A stretch of 64,000 nucleotides of DNA from Octopus sinensis (GCF_006345805.1 NC_043003.1:93186001-93250000), one strand, 5' to 3'. Shown: positions 41,016 to 55,224, counted from the stretch's first letter. The notes: a model not told the origin generated them from the letters alone. Numbers and translations are program-made.

Positions 41016-41619
41016 TAAATGATGAAGAATGTATTTCAGACATCCAATGTTACGTACAGTTTTAATTTAAACATGAAATTTGTAAACTTCATTTCTTAAA
41101 CTGTTTTAATGGACAAACATGTACGACACTTTCTCGTCAGTTGACGATGCATTTACAAAAGAAAAGAAAAGAAAAAAGCTTGTTATAACACACTATAACA
41201 TAGAATGCGAAGCAAAATTAGAATTCTACCTAGAAGTAAAACTATGGAACTTTTATTAATAATAAATGTAGACCCAAAATCAACATAATGCTACAGTACA
41301 CCTAGAAGCAACTAGGTGTTAATGCTTGAACAATTTTGGATTCGGAGACGATTTTATCAGTTTCATCACTCCATGACACATTGCTGCCTTCTACAAAACG
41401 TTGCTAAAATATGCCATTGTCATTTAAGTAAGGAGGTCATCAGGCGTTAATGGACCTAAGAAAGTTGTTGCTTCAAATTAAATATAATTCACTAACAAGA
41501 GAATAGGAAAAATCTATAATTAAAAATCTTAAACACGAACACAGTCGTGTCTTCAAAATGGCAGTTTCTAAAGAAAAGCTGTATAGGTATACATACGCAC
41601 GTACATATACGTTCGGTGA

Positions 41620-42560
41620 TCTCTTTCCAGTCTGCTTTGTGGTAGTTCAGATTGGATAGGTTTTGGGTGCTTCTCATAGGCTGCATGTCTGTGGGTTCCT
41701 TTGGTCCATACATGGTCAGCTCTTTTATGTTGCGATCCGAGATTAGCGTCGGTGTCACTATCATAGTTTGGATGAGATCCACATTGTGAAGCAGAGACCA
41801 TGTATATTGTTTACCCTGGTTGGTTGGAGTATTATTTGCTCCATATAAAAATTGTTGGTGAGGTTGAGTAGAGATTCTATCTGACATTGCTCACATCGCG
41901 TCATTCCTGAGAGGAAAAAACCTTCGGGCTGTTTCACATTGGGCAGGTTGAATTCTCCCAAGAGAAGTACACTGATGTTCTCTTCTATTTTGGTTAACCC
42001 TCATCTGTTCTTGCAAGACAGTCTTCAAATAGGCCCATGTAATCTGGGGTATCTGTTGGGCGATATGTAGTACATATAACTATGTTGAGTTTTCTTGTAT
42101 GTACAATTAGTGTATCACATACTGAATTTGAGTGTAGTGAAAGGATCTAGGTTGTGAGATCTTCATGGATGTATATTGCAACTCCACCATAGATCCTGTT
42201 TTTTCTATCGCTTCGCAATACCACGTACTCCGGTAATTGTCTTTCTGCATCTGCGATGTCGAGTTTCAGTGAGTGCTATGCATAAGGATTGATTACATGT
42301 CACTGGCTCTCCCAAGAAGGTAATTTTAGTTCTGTTACTGAGTTGTAACAGTCCTCTTACATGTAGAAGTATATTTGTGTGACCTCTGTGTTGATGCCTG
42401 TGGCGGCCACCCTGGATCCATTGGTTGTGGTAGTCTTGCGTGTTGGTGGGGATGGCTCTGAATCTGGATTTGATGAAGCCAAGTTAATTGTTGCACAGTT
42501 TTTTGAGCTATACATAAAAAATATTGTTGCTCAGCTGCAACCGTTATGACGGCTTCTGGG
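41620..42560 (-). mobile_element. CR1/L2-like LINE APE endonuclease remnant
   Basis: Minus-strand translation LPEYVVLRSDRKNRIYGGVAIYIH, then ORF 41761-41961 GEFNLPNVK...EQIILQPTRVNN and NYHKADWKEI. Confidence 0.75.
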
Positions 42561-43281
42561 TAGGGTTGGTGTTTAGAAGTAGTGCGCACTACATCGGCAT
42601 ATTTTAGCTTTGATGCAGGTGATGCACGACTTTTTCCTCATTGGAGTCTTCCTGCGTCTTTTGGAGAAAGACTTTTGCTTTTGGTCTGCCTGATGTATGG
42701 GTTTGGATGCAGGAAGAGGCAGTTTGTACCATTATGTCGATGCCAGCAGTCACTACGCAGGAAGGATTTTCACACTTGTGTCCGCTTCCTAACTGTTTGT
42801 AGCTTTGCATATTGACTGTCTCAATTTTGTGTTTTACTTGGGGGCTATACATACACACATACACACACGCACACACATACACACACACACATATATACAT
42901 ACACACCTGTGTGTAGTTATACATATATACATACACCTATATTTGTGTATATATGCATATACATACATATATATATATATACACAGACACATAATATGTG
43001 TATACATATATGTATATATATGTGTGTGCGTGTATGTGTGTGTATATGTGCATGCAAACGTTCGTACAATACCATCTAACTGGTTACTCTTTAGAATAAA
43101 TAATATATACACATACATACCCACGCATATACGTATATACAAAAACACAAAAACCGTTTGACCTCAATACGATGAGTAGACTGGTAACTCCTAAGAATAT
43201 ATATATATATATGTATTTAAGTATATATATGTATATATGTATATGAATGTATGTACGTGTGTGTGTAAATATATATATATA

Positions 43282-43317
<36 letters not shown>

Positions 43318-43403
43318 CAATATATATATTTACATTCATATACACAAACATATAATCATTTAACCTCATTCTAATATAATTAAAGCACACACATGTGCAC
43401 ACG

Positions 43404-43442
<39 letters not shown>

Positions 43443-44009
43443 TTATGTATATATGTACCTTTCCAAGCATTTAAAACTCACTTTACATGAAATAGACTGG
43501 TAGTTTTACTTTTTTCTATATTATTTATATCAACATTTCACATTTTTTCGTCGACTCCAATTAATTCAGGAAACAAAGGATAAAATAAATAGTTTTCTAA
43601 AAAACTTGCTATTACTAAGAAACAAAACAAAAAACAATAAAGTATATCTTGAAGAAAATAGGTTCTCAAAACAATTATTGTTTGGAGACTAGTCAAATAT
43701 TTTGAACTGGTTGCCCCAGTGTAATGTAGTACTTCTATGAAATCGACTGGCAATGAAACCTACGTTTTTATTAACTTTCCCCCCTTTTTTTTGTCTAACC
43801 TCAATATTTCTTCTTTGTAAACCACCCAAAGCACGGTTACGAACCAATATTTGAAAACACCCACTCTTTGTTCCTAGGGTAGTTTGACATATCTTGCATT
43901 ATTTAGTCTTTAATACAATTACAAAATCACACACCCTCACAAACACACTTACATACACACACACATGCATACACACACACACACACACACGCATATATAT
44001 ATATATATT

Positions 44010-44330
44010 AAGGTATGTAGAAAAATACAACATGGACAAGAACGTATAACTCTTAGAAGACGATACAATAAACACGGACAGGATATTCGAAACCCTCAGT
44101 CTTCAGTCAAGAACCGGATCATCGTAGTAATTTCGGCTGATTAATCTTGAGATTACTAGATCACGGCCAGCCCTCCAAGAAAAACTAAGCAACGAGCATT
44201 AGAAAAACTAAGCTGGGAGCGTAGATTTCCTGGAAGAAGGATCGAATGCATACGGACACCAGGACAGCAAAAGGGACGAATATAAAAAAACAAAAAACAA
44301 TAATGGAATACAGAAACATGAAATACAGAA
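44010..44330 (-). mobile_element. Fragment homologous to the distal terminal region of the Penelope element
   Basis: Shares tcttcagtca, tttcggctg and gagat blocks with 54600-54700. Abuts (TA)n. Confidence 0.5.
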
Positions 44331-44389
44331 GCATTAACGGTGAAAACAACAACGATGATGACCCCCTTCGGTCAGACACTGACCATGGG

Positions 44390-44660
44390 TTTGCACCTAG
44401 AGAGTTACTCTCTGAGGCACAAGTCTGGGCAAGGTTGTTTCATGGAAGACCAGCAGTCGCCCATGCATACCGGCCTCCCCTCTCCACGCCACCGATGTTG
44501 TCCAAGGGAAAGGCAAGGGCCGATACAGCTTGGCACCTGTGACGTCGCAACTCATTTCTACAGCTGAGTGAACTGGAGCAACGTGAAATAAAGTGTCTGC
44601 TCAAGAACACAACACGCAGCCCGGTCCGGATTTCAGCTCCAACCTCACGATCGTAAGCTC
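44390..44660 (-). mobile_element. SINE family C-related copy
   Basis: gagtgaactggagcaacgtgaaataaagtgtc.gctcaag..cacaac is the reverse complement of 38870-38920. Confidence 0.7.
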
Positions 44661-45953
44661 GTATATATATATATATATATATATAAGCTATATATATATA
44701 TATATAAGCTATATATATATATATATATATATATTATACATATATATATACATATATATATATATACATACACATATATACATATATATACATATACTCT
44801 ATACATATATACATATATTTTATATATATAAATGCATATATATATATATATATATAACACGTATATATATATGTATGTATATATATATATTTGTATACCT
44901 ATATCTATCTATCTATCTCTATCTATATATATATATATATATATTATAGTATATATATATTGTATTATATATGCACACACATATACACACACACACATAT
45001 ATACGTGCCTATGTGTTTGAGTGTATGAATGAGAAATACAAATATGAACATACGCACATACACACACACCACACATACATACACACACACGCGCGCACAC
45101 ACACATACACACACAAGATAATTCATCATCAAAACTACATATATACAATGACACGAGGTCAACACTTTGCAGCAATAGTAAGAGTATGACGGCCATATGT
45201 AATTTAATATCACCTGGTAATTAGTGAATACTATACGAACAACTCATTCTCATTATCCAGTCAAGCAAAGATATATTGCTTGACTGCAACTAACTTTGTG
45301 TAGGCGTTACGTCACGAATTGTTGCAAAAAATTAAAAATATTTCTCCAGATGAATGTATCTATATTTATTTTAAGCTTTCATACATCTATCTTTGTAATG
45401 TCACATTTAAGAAAACCAATTTATTTGGAGAAAAAATACCTAATGGCTGATAGTTTTTGCGTGTTGAGAATGAGTTGAAGTTTATCAACAACTTTTAATT
45501 TTAAGAAGGGTACTTTTTAAATATATAATTACGTTTACGATGGCCTTTTAAAAATTGTAAATGCGTTGAATATGCCTCTGTACCGTTGCAAAACCTCAAG
45601 GCAAAATGATTGTTTCCTTAAGAAGATCATGAGCCAACAAGCTGTCGGCAAGATGTATCAAAAGCATTTAGAAAAATTGCCTGTTACAGTATAAAGTCTG
45701 CCCCAGAGGAAGGTTTGACTTTCATTCATTGAACTCAAGGGAAAGTAAAGTTGGTGACATTTGTGAAAGGATCAAATCTGTTACAGTTTAATGTGGACTT
45801 CATACTTCCAGCTACAATGTTGAGCGAATAACTTCTTTATTCACTGATTACCATAAGTCATTGAAATTGCAGACATTGGTGTTGAGTGACTCTGTCTCTA
45901 TTGTGACTCTTCTTCCTGCTCTTCTTTACAACTGACAAATAATTGATTCCAAG

Positions 45954-46860
45954 TAGAAGCAACGTTCCGTCATTGAGTTCTTGATGGAGGTGGAATGCAG
46001 TCCGTCCAGCTTCCACAGAAAGCTACGTTTTCTTTACGGAGACGACACGATTGACAACAGCTTGTACACAAATGGATGAAGTTTTAAAAAAGGCAAAACC
46101 GTTAATGAAAACGAACTACACTGTGGAAGACCATCAACTAAGACCACTAGCAAGAATTGTCGGTGAGTGGGCAAATTGATTTGATTGATTTGATTGACGT
46201 GCGCAGACAAAACATAATCTGCGAACTTGCTTTACAACTGAACTCTGGTAACAATACATTACAGAGAAATTTGGAAGGCTTTGTGTATCAGAAAGAATGT
46301 GTGCAAAATGGATATCTCAGCAGATGATACTCAATTTTGAATGAGAAAATAGTTAAAATATGTTTTCGTTTGCATCAAGCGTTAGAAGTCAGTGAAATCA
46401 TGATCTATAGAGCGATCAGCATAGAAAGTCACGAGGAATGTTTTGGAGGATGGCAAGGGGGTAACTCTCCTTGGTTTTCTAGGACGTGGCTGTACCATGA
46501 ATAGCGAGCGGCACATTGAGGCACTAAAAAAGCTTAGAGAAGCCATAAGGAGAAAGTGACTGAAAGAATCTGAAAAAAATGTCCCAGACTCATCATGACA
46601 ATGTGCAACCACACACATCTTTATTTTTAAAAAATCAAGCAATCGACCCATTGGACTGGTCAGTGTTCCTTCACCTACTGTATAGCCTGGATTTGGCGCT
46701 TTTTAGCTGCCATCTGTTCGGTCCAAAGAACGAAAGGAAAGTGACTGCAAAGACGCGGGTGCAACAGAGCACATCTGGATATTTCCGAAGAGGATGAGTG
46801 TGCTTGATACAACAATGGCGCAGACGCATCAGTTGTGATGGAGACTGTTGCATAGTAACT
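45954..46860 (+). mobile_element. Mariner transposase relic
   Basis: KQRSVIEFL, CGRPST, CAKWISQQM (WVPR-like) and HHDNVQPHT...LHLLYSLDLA..CHLFGP (HDNARPH / YSPDL motifs). Confidence 0.75.
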
Positions 46861-46962
46861 TTGCGTATGGGAAGAGCTACTCTAGCAGCATGTGCAATTT
46901 GAATCAGTTATTATTAAAAACAGTTAAGTAAACGCTTTGCAATACCTACTGTGGGTGCTTCC

Positions 46963-46995
<33 letters not shown>

Positions 46996-47009
46996 TATAT
47001 AATATATAT

Positions 47010-47256
47010 AATTGCAGCGTGGAAGGTGTTGTAAGCCATTTAAGAAACACACAAGATGCAGCACGGATTTTTGTCAGTGAACAGGTCGCGGTCTTAAAAC
47101 GACGAAAATATTTTGACAAATTAAACTTAAATGTTGAAGTATCGAACGGCTTTTGTGTGTTTCTTAAACGGCTTACAAACACCTTCCACGTTGCAATTGT
47201 CTTCGTTTCAGCACACGATCTCAGATCAAATCACTTGCTATGCAAGTACATCTCCG
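47010..47256. mobile_element. Inverted-repeat element with asymmetric tail, copy 1
   Basis: ~45-bp arms aattgcagcgtggaaggtgttgtaagccatttaagaaacacaca / tgtgtgtttcttaaacggcttacaaacaccttccacgttgcaatt, plus a 57-bp tail shared with copy 2. Confidence 0.7.
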
Positions 47257-47258
47257 TA

Positions 47259-47290
<32 letters not shown>

Positions 47291-48164
47291 TTAACAGGAG
47301 ATGGATTCAGTATTAAATCTTCATTGGGTACAATATATGTTTTGACCCAATAAAGATTTAATACCAAATCCATCACCTGTTAATTAATATTATTACCCTA
47401 ACTGTCACTGCAGAGTTCCCGAAGTTAATCCAACAGAAGTGTACCACGACTGCGGATGACAACAGGTAGCCTAAACTGTGCCTGTGCTCTACTCAGCAAT
47501 TAAACATACTAATCGACTTTTACTTATCTGTCCAAATTATTTATTATTATTATAATATATATATATATATATATATATTTGTTGCAATTTTATTAAAGTT
47601 AGTGTTTAATCCTGCCTGTAATTTAACTGATTGACTGAATGTGGTTAATAAGCTTTCACTTTTATATTGTACTATGGAAGGCGGTAAGGAATATAATTTT
47701 TGTATGACTCAATGGATTGCTCGCAGTTTAGTTACGTATTTAGGAGTTGGCTGTAATTTACTTATTGAATTTATTTACCGATACGGTTGTACATAGGGTA
47801 AATGTGTTTGAAAGGCGTGGTTTCTTTGGTATGTTTGTTTCTAAACAACACTAATTTCAGTGCTGTTGACACCGCAGGTGTCGAAACCGTAATTATATCC
47901 GTCGGGCAGCTGTTGATGAGGTATGTTGGTATGGCTGTTTTGTGTGTATACATCTTATTATATATATATATAATAGATATATATATATATAATGTTATAG
48001 GTTAGAGACAGGTGTTCTCGACTTGGCTAACTTGCTTCTCATTACATTTACTCATATATATATGTAATATATATATTATTAATATATATATATATAATAT
48101 ATATATAATATATATCTATATACACATACATACACACATATACATACATACACCCATACACATA

Positions 48165-48760
48165 CATGCGTCCAAAAAGTATCAAGTATCTAACATAATT
48201 TCTTCCCTCCGCAAACTAGTGCCGCGTTGGCAAAATCCTTTGGCTGGGAGGTGACACCAGCCTTCCAGAATGTGAATGAAAATTTTCGACCCGGCAGGCT
48301 GCGCCAGTTTCTGGTTGTTTCCCCTAGAGTACAGGCATGTAATAGGTGATCGTCGGATTTTCACACAAGGTCACCGAACATATCGAACAAACCCCATAAA
48401 CTCATGTCTCATCACCGGTAACGATGATCTTCATGAAGTCTGGGTCGCAGCTTGCACAGTCCAGCATGTCCGGAGCGATTTCCATGCTGAGTGTTTCGCC
48501 GGCACTTTGGGGACGAATTTCGCCGACACTTTCCGCATACACAGTCCTCTATTGAAATGGAATACACTGATCTTGTGCTTGTTCCCACTTCGTGAACAAC
48601 TTCCTGGATTGTTACGCGACGGCATTCCAAGACTATTCGAGGAACCTTCTCAATCAGCTCCTCGTGCAGGGGTCTCTAGTGACCTTACTGTGGCTATCTG
48701 TACTCGTATTTGCTTCACTGTAGAATACTGATCATCTACACTTACTCCGACTCCTCTTGT
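48165..48760 (-). mobile_element. Mariner transposase relic
   Basis: RRVTIQEVVHEVG, MRKVSAKFVPK and IVTGDET*VY on the minus strand. Confidence 0.7.
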
Positions 48761-48917
48761 ATAGATTGAGAACATTTTTCTCAGAAACTTTTTTGAAAAT
48801 GAAAATGGGGATTAAATGAAAAAAATGAGTGAAAGTTCCGTGAATATTTTCACAAATTGATTAAAATAAATGACGACTGTAGAACGCCGCACTCACACAC
48901 ATATGTGCACACATGCA

Positions 48918-48967
<50 letters not shown>

Positions 48968-49187
48968 ATATATATATATATATATATATGCACAACGGGC
49001 TTCTTTCAGTTTCCGTCTATCAAATCGAGTCACACGTCTTTGGTTGGCCTGAGGCTATAGTAGAAGACATTTGCCCAAGGTGCCACGCAGTGGGACTGAA
49101 CCCGGAACCATGTTGGAAAGCAAGCTTCTAACCACACACACACATATATGCAGATATATATGTGTGTGTGTTAATATATATAATGTT

Positions 49188-49235
<48 letters not shown>

Positions 49236-50099
49236 ATAAGCACACACACGTATACATACATACATACATTTTCGACTGAAACTTGAATTTAGAATGCAGA
49301 CAGTTACTACAAACAACATGGCTAAACACAACGTCAGTAACAACACAATCGAGGAACAGAGAAAGTTAATTCGAAGAGTACAGATCCAATCCATCACTGG
49401 AACTGTAAAAATCTGTAAAACTTTCCAGAATTTTATCATTTAAATATAGATGAGCATGTCTAGATATGCAACTATATGCATGAGAATGCATACATAAATC
49501 ATACAAATATGCACATACATACATACATACATACATACATACATACATACATACATACATACATACATAGATGCATACATAAATACATCATACATGCATA
49601 TAAACATACATACATACATACATACAAACATACACCTGTCAATTCATTTCAGCAATTCATTAACTGTCTGGTTATCATGTTTCAACTTCCTTCTCTCTCA
49701 TTCTCCTTTCTTCTGCAGTTCCCCTCCTTTTTTCTTTCCTCTAATCTTCCACGCACTTCCACACACCTACATACATAACTTACACCATCTCACACACAAC
49801 ATACATATCTACTGCACACCCACCCACGTTTACTCCTCACCCATACCGACATGCACACCCGTACACAGACACTCATACGCAAACACACATGCAAGTATAT
49901 ACATGCACACACTCATACGCACATAAACACACTCATACGCACATACACAAACACATACGTACACACACAGCGACACACATGCACTCACACATACATCAGC
50001 TACTCTTTTGACCCCCACGTCCGTCTACTGCTAAGTCTTACTTCTGTATCCCAGCAATGGTTTCTACGTAGAATACTCAAGATACTCAAGGGGCAAGGG

Positions 50100-50420
50100 A
50101 CAGATTCACAAACAAAGAAGCCCTTAAAAGAACCAATCTGCGTAGCCTGTAGGAGATGGTTGACGAAGAAAAGAGTGAGACTTGTTGGTCATTTTCCTCA
50201 ACTGCCAGAAGAACGAATAACCATAACAGATAGCCGTGCAAAGCGTACAACCAGAGGGAGGAGGAAAGCAAGGAAGTTCAAGAAGAGATGGCGTGGCACC
50301 ATCAAAGATCTAAAGCAACTTGGCATCATCTAGGAAGATGCAGGCGATAATGCATAAACCAGGATTATTGGAGACGTCTGGTGGCCCAGTGTACAAACCA
50401 ACTGCACGGGAAGAATTAAG
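50100..50420 (+). mobile_element. RTE/RTEX-like LINE C-terminal relic
   Basis: RVRLVGHFPQLPEERI...RGRRKARKFKKRWRGTIKDLKQLGI (ORF 49851-50333). Confidence 0.55.
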
Positions 50421-50459
50421 GCCAAGATTAAGACTGACATTCGAAATTAGCATATTTTT

Positions 50460-50729
50460 AGTGTGGAAGGTGTTTGTATGCCATTTAAGAAACACACAAA
50501 AGTCCCGTTCACTGACAAAAATCTGTGATGCATCACGGATTTTTGTCAGTGAACAGGTCGCGGTCTTATAGCGACGAAAATATTTTGAAAAATTAAACTT
50601 AAATGTTGAAGTGAATCGAACGACTTTTGTGTGTTTCTTAAATGGCTTACAAACACCTTCCACGCTGCAATTGTTTTCGTTCCAGCACACGATCTCAGAT
50701 CAAATCACTTGCTATGCAAGTACATCTCC
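50460..50729. mobile_element. Inverted-repeat element with asymmetric tail, copy 2
   Basis: Same family as 47010-47256, with an additional 48-bp internal palindrome at 50507-50554. Confidence 0.7.
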
Positions 50730-51583
50730 ATATTTTTAGTGCATGCACAAAGAACAAAGTGAATTGCACAACTGCTTTTGTTTTGCCTAATTTCTCTTTC
50801 TCATTGTAAAGGTGCAGAATACTAACAAATGGTAACGTAAACAGCGACAACTTTGTATTTAGTGCCTTCGTCTGACACAGCTGCTTGCAATAGCGTCTCA
50901 TTCACGGTTAAGGCAAATGCTCCTCTGAACAGTTGCATTGTCAGTTTTCTAATCGATATTGTATATTGCCTGCATGTCTGCCTTTACGGGATTGTTGGCT
51001 CAAAACTAATTTCTCAGTTTATTTTTCTTTGCTTTTTATTTCATTTATGTAAAAAGGAAAAAGGAGAAAAGGGGCTGCGTGGGAGAACAGTTCGATTTTA
51101 TTTCGTTGTTAATCATTTCTTTATACCGAAGTATATAAGTATCGTCTCAGTATGTTAGTTCGATACGATCATGGGTAGGGATTGAAACAGATTTTGATAC
51201 GCTGAAAAAATCTGTCATATTGGTGATCGATATTCGTTATAACTTCACTACTTGTGTATATATGTGAACTTTTACTGCGTGTATAAAGAGACGGACATGC
51301 ATATGCACATAAACACACATACACACATGCACACATTTATAAATTTGTACATATAAGTATATATGCCAGTGTATACATACATACACACATACATACATAC
51401 ATACATACATGCAGGCATACATATATATATATATATATAATATATATATATATATATACAAAGCGCGTGTATATATGTATATGTATGTACGCATTATGCA
51501 TGTATCAGTGTGTTTCTGTATGTGTGTGTGTGCGTATACATCTATTTCTCTTTTCCTCTCTCACCACACACACGCGAACGCAC

Positions 51584-51658
<75 letters not shown>

Positions 51659-52696
51659 CAGACACGTACATATACAAATTTGTGCGTCATGAGTGGCGAT
51701 TTGAATCAGTGTCCTCACTCACCTGATGGAAGTTATAAATATTAGAATGTTTGCTTGATTAACTCTTCATATTTGTCAAGTCACCACACACACAATACAC
51801 CAGTCCTGAACAATTGCTTTAGCCACATACAAAGCACAAACGTTACCCACGTTCTATCATCAATTAGAAATGTTGAACGGTGCAGCTGGTACATTATAGA
51901 CTGCATCGAATAACAATGAGAGAACCAGCCTGCTAGTTGACAATAAATCCCGTACCAATGTGTAACATACAATCACAAACTCAATAGCAGATGTACTGTT
52001 TTACTGTCTTCTATATAAAAGTTAAAATGCGTCCTGCTACCTGCAAGACACGTTTTAAACTTCGAACATCGCCACCTAGATCAGCCGTGACAAATTTTCT
52101 CACTGGTCGTGCGTACTGTGAGCTTTGCCCCACAAAATTTTGATGTTGTAACCGATACTCAGGATTGTTATCTACTGGCATTAATTTACAGACGTTTCAA
52201 TTGAATATCCTTTCATCAACTTCACTACGGTGAGTCGGTTCCCGCATCGCTTATTCGAGCCCAATCCTTGTAATAAGTTTTCATTATTTACCATATCAAG
52301 GTAGTGACCTGGTGGAATCGTTAGCAACGCTAGACAAAATGCTTAGCGGCATTTTGTCTATCTATATGTTCTGAATTCAAGTTTGCTTTTCACCCTTTCG
52401 GGGTCGTAAAATAAGTACCAGTTGATCACTTGGGTCGATGTAATCGATAAACTTCCACACACACAAAATTTCAGGCCCTGTGCTTATACTAGAAATGATT
52501 ATTTACAACATTACAAAGATAAAGTACAATAGAGCTTCTCAATCAAGTGTGACAGAAACAAAAAAGTAACAAACATATATATTATCAGAAGTATTATTAA
52601 TGATATATTATAGTCTTATAACGGCCAATTAACGTCACCGAACGGTTTCATGGTGATAAACTTCCAGATTTAAGAAATGAGGAGATAACGTATTGG

Positions 52697-52722
52697 ACTA
52701 TTACTACTGCTGCAGCTGCTGT

Positions 52723-52768
<46 letters not shown>

Positions 52769-52771
52769 AGA

Positions 52772-52839
<68 letters not shown>

Positions 52840-52849
52840 CGCTGCTAGA

Positions 52850-52886
<37 letters not shown>

Positions 52887-52942
52887 TTGCTACTACTGCT
52901 ACTACTGCTACTACTACTGCTGCTACTACTACTACTACTACT

Positions 52943-52974
<32 letters not shown>

Positions 52975-53131
52975 ACTGCTGCTGCTGCTGCTACTACTAC
53001 TGCTGATGCTGTTACTACTACTAATACTACTACTGCTGATGCTGCTACTACTACTACTGCTGCTGCTGCTACTACTACTACTACTACTACTACTGTTACT
53101 ACTACTAATACTACTACTGCTGCTACTGCTG

Positions 53132-53178
<47 letters not shown>

Positions 53179-53179
53179 G
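52697..53179. repeat. Compound (CTA/CTG)n trinucleotide array
   Basis: Source of the poly-S/V/A/L ORFs at 52648-53316. Confidence 0.95.
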
Positions 53180-54483
53180 TATACAAGTATATATGTAAAT
53201 GCATGCACGTGTATATGTATTTGTATATGCATACACAGACTGATGAAACTCAGAAAGCTTCGAAATAACAAATAATAATAAAAACAAGAAGAGGGAGAAG
53301 AAAAAAGAAGGAACAACGAAGAAGAAAGTTAATACTTATGTTTATACAAATAATAAAAATAGTAATGATAAACTATATCTATATCCATTATAATTTCCCC
53401 AGTCCAAAAGTTTAGCTATATTGATATCCCAGTTTCTAGTGTATTAGTCAATATAAGAGTTTATTGTATATAAGAATTCCTCAGAAGAGAAGTGAATGGC
53501 AATTTGTATTCAAGAAGAAATTCTATGCTATGGAGGGTCCGGAAATGATGTCATGGTATCAACAAATAAAACAGCCAATCATGACTCTTTTTCCGCATGC
53601 ACGCACACACATACGTTTTCATATCACAAGCACGTACAAGAATTCCTCATCCACACCGACACACACTCCCACATACATATACACACGCACATACGCATTC
53701 GCAAATATGCACGCATGCATCTACTAAAGTTCATTCTCAAGACATTGGTTCATCTGAGGCTGTAGTATACACACACACATACGTATGCACACACACACGC
53801 ACGCACGCACACAAACACGCACGCATATGGAGTGACATGAATATACCCCTGGATATGAATGAGTTTGTGTGTATATGTATATGAGTGTCCCACTTAATAT
53901 ACATACACGCTTACAACCAAATGCATCATAATACAGCAAATTGAAATTAGAGAGAAAAACTTAAATATCAGCTCAATAATTGTATATAAAATTACAAAAA
54001 CACACTCTCAGAAACATTAGAGATTAACAACGGTAGCTTTAAACCAAAACTCAACACATTTGTACATCACACGAAAAATATATCATGAGATCAACCAAAA
54101 TGCAACAGTTGTATAATTTAGAGATCCGGCGTTGATGATTTTATCAGTTATAAGACTGTTCTCTTGATCCTTTGCAACCTACAGGAAAACACATGAAAAC
54201 CGTACAATTGTTACTATCAAATTATAGTAAAGATGGGACTGGGAAAGTTTTGAAATATTCTTGGTCTAATAGATTTAGGAACGCTATTGTTTCAAGCTGA
54301 AGGCAGAGGACTAACAAAATAGTAAGATTATATAAAATATCTTTAATTAAAAGAATCAAATAAGATTAAACTTGAACATAGTCGTGTCTTTATTAAAATC
54401 TACTTGAAACAAAATCACCATCCCTATTTAAAACACACATATACAGAAACGCGCGGACACGAGCTGTATATGCATGCTTATAT

Positions 54484-54554
<71 letters not shown>

Positions 54555-55186
54555 ATAAACCTTTACATAAATAAATAACATGAAATACACGAAGGGACGA
54601 ACAAAAAGACAAAGGGTCATCATTCAAGCCTTCATTCTTCAGTCAGAAACTGATCCCTCATCGCAGATTTCGGCTGTTTATTCTGAGATCCGCTCTGAAT
54701 CAGCCAGCCACAGAAGGAAAGAATGGAACGCAACAGCGCGAAAACATGATGAAACGAAAAATCTTTTTTAGAGACAGTAACGGTTAAAAACATGGATGAC
54801 ACAGGCGCCCTACGGCTTTGAGACAAAAAGAGAGACACAAAAACAATATCAGCAAGCGTGGAAAAATAATTATCTTTTCGGTGATAAGACACATGTTGAA
54901 CAAGCGGCCGATGGAAACAGAATGGCTGAGGCAGCAAGTGGCAAGAGGGTAAGAGAGAGAAGGGGGTAAGAGAGGGAAGGGGGTAAGAGAGAGAGGGGAC
55001 CAAGGAGGGTGGAAGGCGAGGACAGAAGCAGTGACCGAGAGAGAGAGGGAGAGAAGGAATCAGAAGAAGCAGTGACCATATATATATAACGGGAAGCTTT
55101 ATGAAAATAAACAAAAGACGAAGGCAGGTGGAAAACAAACGAACAATTGTATTAGTATGGCGCTCAGGAAATATAAATAAAACAAG

Positions 55187-55224
55187 TCTTTAACCTTTCG
55201 AGCCTACGCTCTTCAACAGAAAGA
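55187..55224 (-). ncRNA. Hammerhead-like motif with variant core in the PLE terminal region
   Basis: Minus strand: ucuuu-CUGUUGA-A-GAGC/guag/GCUC-GAAAG-GUU-aaaga. Stem I ucuuu/aaaga and stem II are intact; A6 is replaced by U and C15.2 by G. Confidence 0.5.

Noticed and set aside
44085-44110. ctgaaga...cgaa (minus; also ~54625-54645) as a hammerhead
   Set aside because: No foldable stem II or GAAAC/UH arrangement; kept only as part of the shared terminal module.
50780-50840. Polypyrimidine tract + AG as an exon acceptor
   Set aside because: No convincing donor or frame; two of the three frames stop quickly and there is no homology cue.
53240-53270. ctgatga...gaaa as a hammerhead
   Set aside because: No credible stem II closure, stem III or stem I; likely chance in AT-rich sequence.
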